A program made the position numbers and the translations under genes. Below, piece by piece: positions 14,367-27,894 of a DNA stretch of 64,000 nt (positions are counted from its first letter, which is position 1; each line of letters opens with the position of its first letter). The stretch is from Eledone cirrhosa (Eukaryota). The notes beneath the pieces are model-generated. The model searched no databases. It saw nothing but the letters and a program-made list of their open reading frames with translations, and had not been told where the DNA came from. Where the stretch lies: NCBI GenBank assembly GCA_964016885.1, contig OZ024740.1:348378001-348442000 (forward strand), read 5' to 3'.

Positions 14367-16929
14367 CAAGAAAGATTACAATTCAAGGCGAACTATTCAA
14401 TACATTTAAGCTGTACAGATATGATATATTTAATATGAGAAAAATGATTTATAACCCTCAGATAACTAGCTTCATTCCCTCCACTTATTGGTTTGTAAAG
14501 AGTATTAGACTAGGAATGTTAGATTTATAACTAAGAGGATAGTCTTTAGACAGCAGAGAGCAGTGGTCAGTTTTGTGAAAAGAGCAGCAAAAGGTGTATT
14601 ATTAACGATGGATGAAGTATTTTTGTAATTTCTATAAATATAAAAGGTATTAATTATGGGGACGAAATAATTATTGCGACCCAACAATGTAATGAAAGGA
14701 GAATATTTAACACTGAGTCAATAACACTGGAAAATCCCCACAGAATATTCAAGTTATGAAGAAAAATGTATAATAAAGTATTATGCCACTTAATCGGGAA
14801 TAACGTTCGCAATTTTCTCACATCTTTTTAATGGATGAATGAGCAGCGCCTATCGAATTGTTTGTTAAATGTTGTTTGAACTCTGATACATTTGAAAGTG
14901 AAGAGGTCATAAAGCCAGAGACATGATTTAAATGCTGGAGCAGACTGAAACCCAACACAAGGTACATATGGACCAAGTAGTGTTGTTAAACCGGTTGAGA
15001 GATATACTTGATGTTTATTGAACAAGGAAAAAACAAAATCATTAATTTTCATTAGCTATTGAGCAAATAGATAATTAAAACATGAAATGTTTAAAACAGG
15101 AATGTTTATAATTATTAATGCCGGAGATAAAAAGAAAAGGGATCAAGTAATTCGAAGTTGGTAATAATGAATGTCATTAACATTTAGTGAAAGTTATTGT
15201 AACTCCATGAGATTTTTAATTAATGAATAACATTTAAATTTGTATTGCACAATTAACTCAGGCAAGCAGTTACACAAACAAAAGCAAACATAGCACACTA
15301 AGTTAATAAGCATTCATAATTTGAAGATTAAATAATAACATTTGTGAAATGATATAAATGATATCAAAATACGGGAGGAATATGGACTGTAAACATTAAA
15401 AACTATTTAGAACAATGATTATAGTTAACTTTATATTTATAGGGACAGTAGTATATATAAGAAGATGAAAAAAAGTTAAATATAAAAGAGGAATCTTTGA
15501 TCACGAATTGTGCAGGACAAAGTGTACATCATTAGATCTATTTTCGACCGGGACGTTTGTGTGTCTGAAATATTCTCTACATGCAGTATTGAAAGACTCC
15601 AGACAGTTTGTTCAGAAGTAGAACAATAGAAAGGTTATATTCAAGCTTTTGCCGTGTAGGAGACCTATGGTTTTACTTCCCAGTATACAATCTCGCTCTT
15701 TCAGAATTTCCCTGCACGTACATTAATTTTGTTGTACGATTCCCTACGAGTATATATAATTCATTTCGAAGTTTCATTTGCAATGACTGCATTCCACACA
15801 TCCACACAAACCTATTTTCCCTGTTACTACATTTTAGTTTTCTTCAGCTGCTTCTTTCATTCTCTTTCATTCTTTGCCTTTGCTTTCTCTTTCGCTAGAA
15901 ATTGTATTTTTATTATTTCGTATTGACGAAGTTTGACGTTTTACTTTCTTAGGCTTAGGTCCGCTGTGCCCTACTTGGGTTGAGTATACAGTCTGTCATC
16001 CGGTTTAAACAATAACTGACCTTTTGTTGAAAATAGAAGCAAATATCGGAATATTAGTTAAAGTGTTGGAATTATTTCTGAAAGAATCAACGACAAAAAA
16101 AAAAAAGAATCGGGAAAAACTTTGTCTGCAAAGAGAAATTTATCAACAATGGATCGGATTTATCATACCTCCAGACATTAACTTCCCCATTTAGAGTGAA
16201 AATTCACATAACTAATGCTTTTACGATAGTGTCCTTTAAACATCATTTTCAGTCTCACAAAGACGGCATTTTACTGTCTATTCACTCAGGTGAATAGCAT
16301 TTAGACGATTTTCGAATTCCTTCTTCATAACATTTCCGAAATCTTCCTTTACAGAGGCTTTAATAATATAATTTCTAACTGTGTATCACATTTTTCTTTT
16401 TGTTATATTCAGGAATATTGTAAGATGCTTTTATTTTTCCTTTAACTATCAGATGGTGAGACAAAAAAAGCTATTATTTTCAGATGTTTTCTAAAAGAGT
16501 CTTAAGAAAATTGGTAATGCTTGATTTACGTATCTTTTCGTTTTTTTAAATATTCCCCGAGATCATTTCCAAATGGCTTTTTACGCAACAAGCATATATA
16601 TTTTATCTCCTTATTGATCGAAGGTATAAAACTAAATTTAAAGTATTTTTGTAAATATGGGCGTCATTTTCCCAATATTTTGATGTGTAAGTCGTCTCTA
16701 AGGCACACCGGGTTTCATTTGTTGTAAACATCATTGTTAATTCCATGGGTAGTTTATTTCCTGACATTCCAATTCCTATTCATATTTTAAAATCAGAGGT
16801 AGATGGAGAAATGACAGAGTCGTTAGAGTGAAGGACAAAATTATTTGAAAGATTTTTTTCCGAATTACTTCAAATAGTACCGTGGTCAGTGTTCCATTTC
16901 ACTCTTCCAGGTTCAATAAGATAATGTAA

Positions 16930-17150
16930 CAGTTCAGAGTGGATGGTTGTATTTGTTAGAACGATAGTTGAAATGTCTTGCATAACTTGTTCTGATGTCG
17001 AATTACGATGTCTTTTCCTTGAGTTGTATACTTGAACCATCATGAAGTTTAGAGCAGAACCTCGTTCTGGAGAAATCTTGGTGGTGTTGAATTTGTTGTA
17101 AATACGCAACACAATGGTCCCAGAGGTCTGAAATAGGTAAGGGATGTGGT
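16930..17150 (-). mobile_element. Possible Tc1/mariner transposase HTH remnant
   Basis: TIVLRIYNKFNTT..HRNSTSEQV..TTIHSELLH, weak resemblance only. Confidence 0.25.
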
Positions 17151-17819
17151 CCTTTCTTCAGTGACTAAACAAAAGCAAATGTATTTCAATTAAATGTTTG
17201 TTCAATGTTTTCAAAAGAAATAGAATTGTGTTTACATTGAAGTCATCATGTGATCTTATTTAATATGCATGGATAAATCATATAACATTTACTCATAAAT
17301 ATTATGAAATGGACTATTCATATAGAGCAAGGATATGTGATTTGAATGATTTAGTGCTACTTATAGCTACTTTCCAACCTTGGCAACGGCAGATATTTCG
17401 AAGACAATATCAGAACTGGTTAATGTCGTTATAAAAGCCTTGATATTCGTGTTATTCGTACAACCCCTAATAACCTTCGGCATTTTAAATTACGCATACA
17501 CATATGCACAGAAACACAAACACTATTAGTCATTGTTATATGTACGTATGGACCCGTAAATCCTTGGGGAATCGTAAGTGTCCGGCACTGAGACACGACG
17601 TTTCTAGATTATTTGAAATCCCGGCGGAGCCCATCCATCTCTAGGCCTGAATACAGCAGATTTCTTCCAGAGAAGGATAAGGAATGTAAGAATGGCAGTG
17701 AAAAAGAGACAGAGGTAGAATCGACACCAATAACCTATATATAACCATAGACTACTACACAAAGTATCGAGTACTCTGTTGAGTAATAGTCTAACCAGTT
17801 TCAAACTGAAAGCATCCTG

Positions 17820-17890
<71 letters not shown>

Positions 17891-17919
17891 TGGGTGTGTG
17901 CATGTATGTGTATTTATAT

Positions 17920-17961
<42 letters not shown>

Positions 17962-18246
17962 TGTGTACTTGTCTAATTAAATGTATATTATTTTAAAATG
18001 TCCCTCTTATATTTGCTGTGCTTTAATTTATATATATATACACTGTTTTCAATTTTCTTTTCTTCCCCCCTCTCTCTTCCACTCCCCCTCTCTCTCTCTC
18101 CCACTCCCACTGTCTCTCTCTTTCTATCTCTCTTTTTAATTTATCTGTCTATTTATCTTACCCTATCTCTTTCTCACTCTGATACTGCCCTTTTCATCTG
18201 TCAGTCGTTCACACTTTTATTCATCTTCTATTTAATGCATATAATT

Positions 18247-18285
18247 TAACTAACGTGAGGTATTTTATCTCTTTTTAACATACAG
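18247..18285 (+). promoter_or_regulatory. Probable branch point, polypyrimidine tract and acceptor upstream of K2P exon 1 (implies an upstream exon)
   Basis: taactaac ... tattttatctctttttaacatacag| at 18285. Confidence 0.5.
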
Positions 18286-18606
18286 ATGCTGCAGTCATTT
18301 CAAATTCATTGGAAAGTGGAGATCACCGACGATAAGTGACATCTTTCGAATAACAACAACTTAATTCATCATAGATATTGTCGACATCAATAATATTTAC
18401 ATTATGAAACCATCGTGTAAGAATAAAAAATATCTGTACAATATATAATGGTATGGTGGCTGAATACATATACATATACTTATATATAAAGTGGTAGATA
18501 CATTTGTTGTTATGCCAAAAGTATAGCGCTACAGCTGGCATTAACATTGGTACGATATCTGTGAGAAGAATGTTTTTAGCAGCAGTGTTATCAGCATTAA
18601 TGGAGA

Positions 18607-19627
18607 ATGGATGACCTTCATGTCAGAGACAAAAACCAAACATCCAAACACTTTAAGTCCCGATCGGCTGCTGAAGGTATCAATGCTGATGGAGCAGATA
18701 CCTGTGGCAGTGCTGCAGCGAACGGAAGTAAATCGGAAGAAAACAGGAATTCCAACGGAAATATCGAAGGAAACGAAAATGTCGGTGAATGCAGTGGTGA
18801 TCCAAATGGACATAATAGTGGTAACCACTATGTTGAAAATGTCGTCAGTATTGTTACTTGCACTAATAATGAAGATGAGGAGGAGGATGGAGATGATGAC
18901 GATGATGATGATGACGACGACGATGACAGCAGTAGCGATTCTGGATCTTATTACGCTACATCGGTTGATCAGACAAATGACCGGACACTACATAGTGTAC
19001 GTAACAACCAAGAAGAGAATGCCGTTGTCATCGTTGCAGATAGCGATGGATCTGATGATGATGGACAAACTACCGACGAAAATAATCATAAAAACAGAGA
19101 TAAAAAGCGAAATGTTTCTAATTCCTTTTGCTGCAGTTGTTGTTGTTGTTACCGACGAAAAAGGAAAAAGATCAATATGGGGAATAATAAAGAGCTGGGT
19201 GAAAAGAAAAGTACAAATCGTGTATCACATCGGAGAAGAACTACCAATAGAATCATTAACTGTTGCAAAACTTTCATTACCTTCTTCTTCTCTAATATTG
19301 GTCTTTGTTCGTTGGTTATTGGTTATTCAATTCTGGGAGGATTTATTTTTCAAAAGCTCGAAGCGCCTAATGAGGAAAATGAACGAGGGACGGTGACTTT
19401 GCACCGACAACGTCATGTTATTCGTTTGTGGAATTTAACAGAAGAGTTAAACATCCTACACGAGGAGAATTGGTCTCGCATTGCTGATGAAGTGCTTTCG
19501 GACTTTCAACAGGAAGTATTTGTAGCTATTAAGAAACAAGGTTGGGACGGAAAAGATGGCACGGCTGAATTACAATGGTCTTTTGCTGGAGCACTACTTT
19601 ATTCAGTAACTGTCATAACCACAATAG
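18607..19627 (+). CDS. K2P (TWIK/KCNK-family, KCNK18/twk-like) potassium channel, coding exon 1: long acidic N-terminus, TM1, cap, pore helix 1
   Basis: ORF reads FSNIGLCSLVIGYSILGGFIFQKLEAPNE...WSFAGALLYSVTVITTIG; in-frame TAA at 18598 precedes ATG 18607; donor G|GTAAG at 19627/19628 (phase 1). Confidence 0.93.
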
Positions 19628-20151
19628 GTAAGGGAATTCCATATTTCTAACTGTTATTCATGTGACTTCTGTATATATGAGTATAAATGTCATCGTTTAA
19701 CGGGCGATAATTGCTCTTACAACAGATATTTATGATACAGATTATTTCATGCTTGAAGAGATAGATCACTCTCTCACAAACACACAAATTAGTGATCTTC
19801 TAAACTATCATTACTATTTCAATTCAATTTAACAAACAGTTGGTAGCTAGGACAGTGAACCAGAATATTTAACGTTCAGGGTATGAACACAATATTTTGC
19901 CTCTCGTTATTGCTAATGTGTGTGTTTCAGAAAATGGTATTTGTAATATATTAAATTTAATTATAATTTTACAGATGTATAAGGAAATACAATAAATCCA
20001 GTATAAATAAGGTGTATGTTTTATATATGCCTAATAATGATATTTATGATCACGTTTGATTGCAGGTTTATTCAGTATTAGGGCTCAACTTATTCGGTAC
20101 GCCCGTTATCAACTAAACGCTCCTCGTATTATTTAGGAAGCTACATTATTT

Positions 20152-20330
20152 AGGGCGGTGGATTGGCAGTATCGTAGAGGGTTGCAGCATAGCGTTACGC
20201 CCCTTTATGGTCTGATTTCAAATCTCGTCGAGGGTAACTTTGCCTTTCATCTTTACGGGGTCGATAAAATAAAGTACCAGTAACGCACTGGGATAATTGC
20301 TGGCCTTGTGCGAAAAATAGAAACAATTAT
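20152..20330 (+). mobile_element. tRNA-derived SINE
   Basis: gggcggtggattggcagtatcg..gcctttcatctttacggggtcgataaaataaagtaccag..tagaaacaattatt. Confidence 0.85.
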
Positions 20331-21524
20331 TTAGGAAGCCAAATATATTTACGTTTATAGACCAATAAACACCGATAATATTGTATTATAAGCAGCAAAT
20401 TTGATAATCCTTTGTTTCTTATTACCTAAACAAAAGTTATTAATCTAGGAGCACCTATTAAGGTCAGTCGGTGATATAGGGTTAATATGGTAGAACTACA
20501 CTGCGAATCAAAGTTTCAAAAGAGAGTAAATCGACGTTTGCATAATTATAAACAATTCTCCTCCTTTCTACGACATATTCATTTCTTCTTATTTTTTAAA
20601 AATATTGTTTACAATATTCCTTTGTCACACGTTGACTGAGAAGCATTAATTAGGGTTTTTTAAAGCTATAATGAAGAATTCATTTTCGAAATATTTATTT
20701 AAACCAAGGTTATAATGATTAGAATAGATCGGGGCAATGTAATTTACATGTGAGACCACGAGGCTTTTCTTATATGGTCGTTCGACCTTTGAAAAATACC
20801 AGCTAAATAACACTTTTAGCATATATATGGCTTCCTTAAGTATGGAAACGAAACATTGGATATTGTGCAGTTCTGCATACTATTGCAATATATTTCTTAT
20901 GTTTTTTAGATCAAAACTAACCTGGATTTAAACTATAAAAGCGAAAGCAACAATACTATCAAAATATACACACAATTCCATAATCATAGAGGCATCCATA
21001 ATTCCGTATGTTTTTATTTTTATTATCTACGTAATTAGACCCTGCCTTCAGTTCGACAGGAATATAATTGAGGTTAATTTTATGATATAATATTAGTATG
21101 AAAATGTAACAACCTTAGGGTTGTCGCCATTAGAATTCTGTTAATAACATATTAAAATCAGGATTTGTTTTATTAATCAGTTATATTGTAGATTATGTGA
21201 GTGAAAGACGCTTTGAAAAGTAACAATTTATTTCCTATGATAACTATCGAAAAAACTATAATAAATTTCAATGTTATTTTAACTGTAGTTATTTCAATAT
21301 ATATAGTTCTGCAGTTTATAGAAAATATAGTATTCTATTCTTCTAAACTTAACTCTTAAATCTCGATAATATTTAATCGATAAAATATATTTGATATTCT
21401 TGTCTGTGCGTATTTGTCTGTGTGTATGTGCAAGGGTAGGAATATGCAGGGTATGCATACATATGTATCTATCTATGTATCCATCCATCTATCTATCTAT
21501 CTCTCTCTCCCTATATATATATAT

Positions 21525-21569
<45 letters not shown>

Positions 21570-22370
21570 AGAAAGTGAGGTTTTTTTTTTTTTTTTTTTT
21601 TTTTTACAAAATGAAAAATAACCGAGGTGTCCTACACGAGTGGAAGTATAAAGAAAAAGAGATGAAATCGAAAATGCAACTGAAGTCTTATTTTTTTTTT
21701 AAATATATATATTTATTTGGTTCCTTTACCGGTTTCGCAGTTCTTCTGCTTTACAAAAGGTGAGTTGAGACTGACCATCACCTTATAAGGGAAAATAAAC
21801 GTACCGTCAACGCTTAGTGAGGGGTAACACTCTCCCATCCCCTCTAGCTCTCGGCTGACTGCAACAGCCGTGATGGGTAGCAGTAAAATATGGTACAGGC
21901 ATTGGTGGGCCATTGTTTTGGATGACAGGGTGAACTGACTAAGCAAATTTCGTTGAAGTCTGCGGTGGCGAATGGTCAACTTCCTTTGGACATGCGCTTG
22001 CGCAGGCCGGTGGGGGTGAATTGGTGCTCACAAGGGAGCGGATGAAAAACCCCAAAACACGCAATTCATCCGTTCCCTTGTCGATCCAATTTGGATTGCC
22101 TCGGAAACATAACCTTATTATGTAACAAGCTGTCTGATGATGACACGACACTCGCACACAGAACAGTGTGGCCAGTGTCGTCACTGAAATATATATTACA
22201 GCATTATTATTAAAGGACTTGAACATCTGAAACTACTTCGCTTTTCCTTATTCGATATTTACTCCGTCACTCCTATGTGGAAAAAGTACGTGGAGTGCTT
22301 CAATTGAATTGCATCAATGTTTACCCTAATATACATAAAGTGTGAGAGAGAGAAAGAGAGAGAGAGAGCG

Positions 22371-22478
<108 letters not shown>

Positions 22479-22779
22479 AAGAATCAAACAGCAAGTGAGA
22501 AAGAGAAGGATAGAACAAAGTCATCGTAGATTATTGGACATATATTTCATAATGATTAAATAAATTGTAGTAGAAAATTATGGAAATTTATTTAAATTAT
22601 TGAAAAATTAAATACAGTGTTGTCCAAAGCGACAAGAGTTGGGTAGTCAAGGAAAATTGATTATCCAACCAGAGAATGTTATAATCAACGAATTATTAAG
22701 TAAAATATATGTTTTATTACAAATACCCTCATTTTGAAGACCAGAGTGCTGTCATATATATATATATATATATATATAT

Positions 22780-23007
22780 AAGTCGTTACACAACAGTTAG
22801 TTCACCATACTGAAAACAATTGTTTCACCTTAGCGGATCCTCAACTCCTAATGGACATGGTTATACCATTACGAGCTGAGGAGCCGCTAAAGTGAAACAA
22901 TTGTTCTCGGTATGGTGAACTAACTGTTGTGTAACCACTTCTACCTACTCGTCCCATGGACTGAGTGCTCTACCACTACGGATATTACCTTCCAGTGTTC
23001 TACCACT
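22780..23007 (+). mobile_element. Non-coding fold-back element with hammerhead, in (TA)n
   Basis: 75-bp arms 22780-22854 / 22866-22940 (7 mismatches), ~65-bp unique tail, TA repeats on both sides. Confidence 0.8.
22866..22915 (+). ncRNA. Minimal type I hammerhead ribozyme motif
   Basis: cgag-CUGAGGA(22876)-gccgcuaaagu-GAAA-C-AAUU-GUU^-cucg; stem I cgag/cucg plus ccau/augg; palindromic stem III ACAAUUGU. Confidence 0.75.
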
Positions 23008-23034
23008 ATATATATATATATATGTATATATATA

Positions 23035-23258
23035 TTACAAGAACAAATTAAAGTTTAAGCAAAGAATCGCTGATGTCACCCTTGATGGCATCTTCTGGAA
23101 CTAAAAAGATCCCGTTAAGGGTGAAAGAAGCGATTCGTTGCTTAAACTTTAATCTGTTCTTATAATAGATATTTGCTCTACGGATTTATATATATTTATA
23201 TATATATAATCCTTATGGAGCCCTCTTCGGAATTTAGTCTTCACAGTTATTATTAATA

Positions 23259-23262
<4 letters not shown>
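23035..23262 (+). mobile_element. Fold-back mini-copy of the 34499-35372 PLE family with no coding sequence
   Basis: Arms 23035-23094 / 23106-23165; tail atttgctctacgg..gagccctct..ttagtcttca shared with 35280-35365. Confidence 0.82.
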
Positions 23263-23340
<78 letters not shown>

Positions 23341-23871
23341 TTCTCTTCTTCTTCGATAACTTATTCTTGAGAGGGTAGTGGGGGTAGAATCCTCAAACAT
23401 TCTTTCCACTGTGTCCTGTCAGAAGCAAACGTCTCCAACTGATCCGGCTGGATACCCAAGTGAGAGCAGCGAATCCCATGAATGTTATCCAAACATCTTG
23501 CTCGAGGTCTACCTCTGGGTCTCCTGCCGGTAGGTTTTGCCCTAAAATCTGTCCAGTGATTCTTTCCTGAGACATTCTAACCACATGTCCATAGTATCGG
23601 AGCTGTGATATCTCAATTTGAAGAAGTAGCGGCTCTACCTGGAGTAACACTCCGATCTTCGAGTTACGCACTCTTTTGAATAACGTTACACCAAAGACCC
23701 TTCGCAGGAACCCCATTTTGACCGCTTGTATCAACAATCGTATTCTTTCAGTCATTGCTCAAGATTCATGGCCATAGTTAAGGGTTGTTTTTAAGACAAC
23801 CTCTCTTTTTCTGATTACTGGATGCGTTACCACATTATTGTGCATTACCACACCAGCACGTGCAATTATTG

Positions 23872-23876
<5 letters not shown>
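23341..23876 (-). mobile_element. 3' fragment of RTE-clade (Rex3/Expander-like) LINE with short (GAA)n tail
   Basis: NYGHES*AMTERIRLLIQAVKMGFLRRVFGV..VEPLLLQIEISQLRYYGHVVRM. Confidence 0.85.
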
Positions 23877-23907
<31 letters not shown>

Positions 23908-24744
23908 AGAGAGAGAAAGGGTGGAGCGAACGAGAGAGAGAGGAAAGATAATAAATAAGCACGAATTTGCGTATGTGTGCGTGTGAATATATTCTGATGC
24001 ATAAACAATGTTTTGCTTAAATATACCAAGCGTTACAAAAAAAGATCCGCTGAATGATTATTTCTGTACGTTTAAGGTTTCACATTGTCACCGTAAATGT
24101 AGCCATTCATTTTTTTTTCTGTTGGTATTGTAGTTAGCTTATAAGCTCAATTACACAATTTTAAATGTCACGTAAATAGCATGGGGATCAACAATAATGA
24201 TATTAGCAGTTTTAAAACACTTTTCATGATATGAAAGTAACTCTCACCTCTTTATGTAAACGAGGAACTGTACACACATACTAATTTCTTTCCTCCAATT
24301 TCGGTCAAACAATCATAAAATGTCAACATCATCCGCGATATAGTTTCCCTTTAAACTTCAGGCGGTGTTCTCTCTTAATTACATTTCATTTTATTGAACA
24401 TATATATAAAGCATATATGAAAATGTTTTACTCTGTCTTTATATTTATGTGTATACAAATTCAGATTAGTTTTTCTAAGAATATACTTTTCTACAAATAC
24501 TTGTATTTTTTTTTTATTACGACAGTCTTTCAACCAATTTATATTTAGGTTAATATGCGTTAGAACAAATGTTCTTTCAATATTTTGTCAAATTTAAATA
24601 GGTTCCCACAAATTAGCTACGCATCAGCTATACATTCGAAATCACTCCTAAGAAGAAGGTTTCTCTAACCTTATCCTCTCAAATATATAGGGATTTTTGT
24701 ATATATAAATTTGGATATAATGTGTTGTAACTGTGTAATACACG

Positions 24745-25190
24745 TTTCTAGTTTTAGTACAAGGTCAGCAATTTTGTGGGTGAAAGCCAATTATGTGCAA
24801 CTCGTTACTTGAATGGTACTTTATTTTATCGAACTCGGGAGGAGGAAAAGCAAAAGTGCACCTTTGTGGAATTTGAACGCATATCGTAGAAAGACGGAAG
24901 AAATTGATGAATGGCATTTTATCTAATGCTGTACCAAGACAGCCAGCTCAACACATTACGACTGCATAATAATTCTTTCGACTTTAGGCACAAGGCCAGC
25001 AATTTTTGGGGAAGGGGCAAGTCGATTAAATCGACCCCAGTGCATTACTGGTGCTTTATATCATCGATCCCGTAAGGATGAAAGCAAAGCTAACCTCGGT
25101 GGGATTTGAACTCAGATCGTAAAGTGGTATAACCAATGCCATGAAGCATATTGTCCGACGCTCTACCGATACTGCTACTCCAGCCCGCCA
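24745..25190 (-). mobile_element. Two adjacent SINE copies (older 24745-24955; younger 24971-25190 with ctgcataat TSD)
   Basis: Same core on the reverse strand; acgactgcataat / acgtctgcataat flanks. Confidence 0.75.
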
Positions 25191-26683
25191 ACGTCTGCAT
25201 AATGCTGACATACTATAGCAGTAGATGGTCGGAGGAATGGCCGAATGGTCAAGAATGTTGTTTCATAATTAGGTGGTACGAGATCGATCTTTTAGGATAA
25301 CCTGGAGTGAACCTATGACATGCGACGGAATTTTTGAAAGTACATATAAAGGAATATATCTGCAATTCAGAGTCACCTCCTTGTGCCGCAATTTCTTACA
25401 CTAAATCTCCTCGATCTTTACGTTCAGAATACACTTGGATATAGTGAATCAGTTCGCTGTTCTGTCGATCGAAGAAATGAAACACTCGTTCTTGAAGTTA
25501 ACGAATATGTATATATTCAAAGGGAGTAGAAAAACTAATGGAATTGCTCGTAGTCTTTTCTTGCTGTGCCTTCTAAGACATGGACATACTGTGAAAAGTA
25601 AAGTTTGTGTAGAATTGTGTGTTTACGTCAAGAAAACGACAATACTGAATTGTGACGTTTATACCATTCAAAACAAATCTTTGATAAGCATACTGGTAAT
25701 TTGATGTATGTTAGCTCAACTGTATGGAGCAGTAAATAATAATAATACTATTTGTAGTTATGTATATAGTATAAACAACCACAAACAGGAAGGTCAGTAA
25801 TTTCTTAATAACCTTATTACCAGTAAGGGAAATAGCTCAATGTATGAACATCAGTTGTTTTACAGAGCAGTTAAATCAATAAATTATAGAATTATCAAAG
25901 TTGTGTTCAAATCATTTAATAGTTGACAATCGTTTCTTCCAAACTCTCGTTTGGAGTCATCGGAGCATTATCAATGTTTGCACATATAATTAACCTCCTA
26001 TTAAACTGAACAATAATATAGATACATATAAATTGATGTTGTGAGCAACAGTTTCGTATTTACAGGGTGGTATGGATGCGACATATATTTTCCGAGAATT
26101 TTACAATAATTGTACAAGCATTCAAGTTCAAATTAAAATTAAAATCAAAATTAAATCAAAATCAACATCAAAATCAAAAGCACGGAGTGGAATACATGCA
26201 ACAGTTAAAACAAGGGAACAGTCCAAATATTAAATAGGCATTGAGGAAGCAGTTTTGAGAAAGGAAGAGTGCGATAACAATTCATATGCAGGGGTGTGGA
26301 TATTGTGATTGCGTAAGTCATATACATGAGAAGGAGACAAGCAAAGCTATTATGCATATATAGATGAATAAATACTGCAGTTAAAGCAATTGTGTTAATG
26401 TATTAGAGTCTATGGTGGGTGTTGGATGTTTATGGTGTTCGAATTAATGTGTGTTGAGAAACATACAGTTTTTGCAGACTTTTCCATGACATATGTTGAA
26501 ATAAACTTTAGTTGGTGTTTATATTGAGTGTTTTAAGTTAGTTAGAACAATGGATTGTAAGTTAGTCTTAATGAATTCATATTCATATATTATATTTGAT
26601 CAACCGTTAAATTTTCAATCGTTAATTTCCGGAAGTGAATAAGGGGAGCTAATATATATATTTATATATATATATATATATAT

Positions 26684-27515
26684 TTTTTTTTTCTCAACCT
26701 GTTAGTTCTATCGTTACTTTGGTATAGTATTGTGTGTCAGATTTGCCTACCACAATGTTCGATTTGTCAAGTTATTTAAACGTATGTTATTACTCTAAGG
26801 ACCTAACTTATCGAGTGCTTTGCTAACTTATCATTTCATATAAGTAGGCCGAATTTACTTGCAAACCGCCATAGATTCGACTTTACTAAATTTCCAATTA
26901 TATTATTCTCCTAGATTTAATAATTAACTAATTAATTTAATTAGACAATTCTGTTGATTGGTTAATTATTTGTGTTTGTTTTATAACATCTATTTGAGAG
27001 CTTATGATGATGATTAGCGGAAATTAAAATATTTCCTTTGTCTAACATTTTGAATGACCCGCCAAAAACCGGGGGTTATTTCCCTTGCTGGAATTAACAC
27101 GTGGCAGCTATAGATACGATACGCCGCTTTTAGCAGCAACATTTAGCTTATCACCCCAGTTTTGGGTAGAACGAAATGACTGTTGAAAAACTGAATCCTC
27201 CGTTCGATCATGAACACCACGAGCTTGCCAGTCACATAAGTCTGATATTTGATTTCGGATTCAAAGAAACACTTTAAACGATTAATCGTTTGATTCCTCC
27301 AGGTGTATTTTTCTCAACCTGTTAGTTCTATCGTTACTTTGGTATAGTATTGTTTGTTAGATTTGCCTACCACAATGTTCGATTTGTCAAGCTATTTAAA
27401 CGTATGTTATTACTCTAAGGACCTAACTTATCGAGTGCTTTGCTAACTCATCATTTCATATAAGTAGGCCGAATTTACTTGCAAACCGCCAGAGATTCGA
27501 TTTTACTAAATTTCC

Positions 27516-27523
<8 letters not shown>
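26684..27523. repeat. Element bounded by ~220-bp direct repeats, inside (TA)n
   Basis: 26684-26903 and 27307-27523 nearly identical (ttttctcaacctgttag...aaatttccaattata). Confidence 0.85.
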
Positions 27524-27561
<38 letters not shown>

Positions 27562-27894
27562 TATGAAATAAAAATTAAGTGAAAGAACAGTGAAATATTT
27601 ATTCTCAAGTGGAAACTGATATACTTTATACGTGATTCATTCTTTTCAATATTTATTCAACCAGAAATGAAGAATCGAATATTTTTCAATCGTTTGAGTT
27701 ACCTGCAAATTATAATTTCCTCGTAGATTCTTAACTGATACGCGTGTAAATACACAAGAATGTACGTATCACACATAAACACACACACACGCACGCATGC
27801 ACGCACATACACACACACACATATATATGTATAATTCTACATTCATGCTTCCATAACGATTGTTTGTCATGGCTTAAGTATGTCTAAATATTAA

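Noticed and set aside
18611-19396. 261-aa overlapping +1 frame ORF in K2P exon 1
   Set aside because: Stops in the +1 frame need NTA/NTG codons (Leu/Val/Ile/Met), which are scarce in this hydrophilic region; its poly-Met mirrors the GAT repeat. A shadow ORF.
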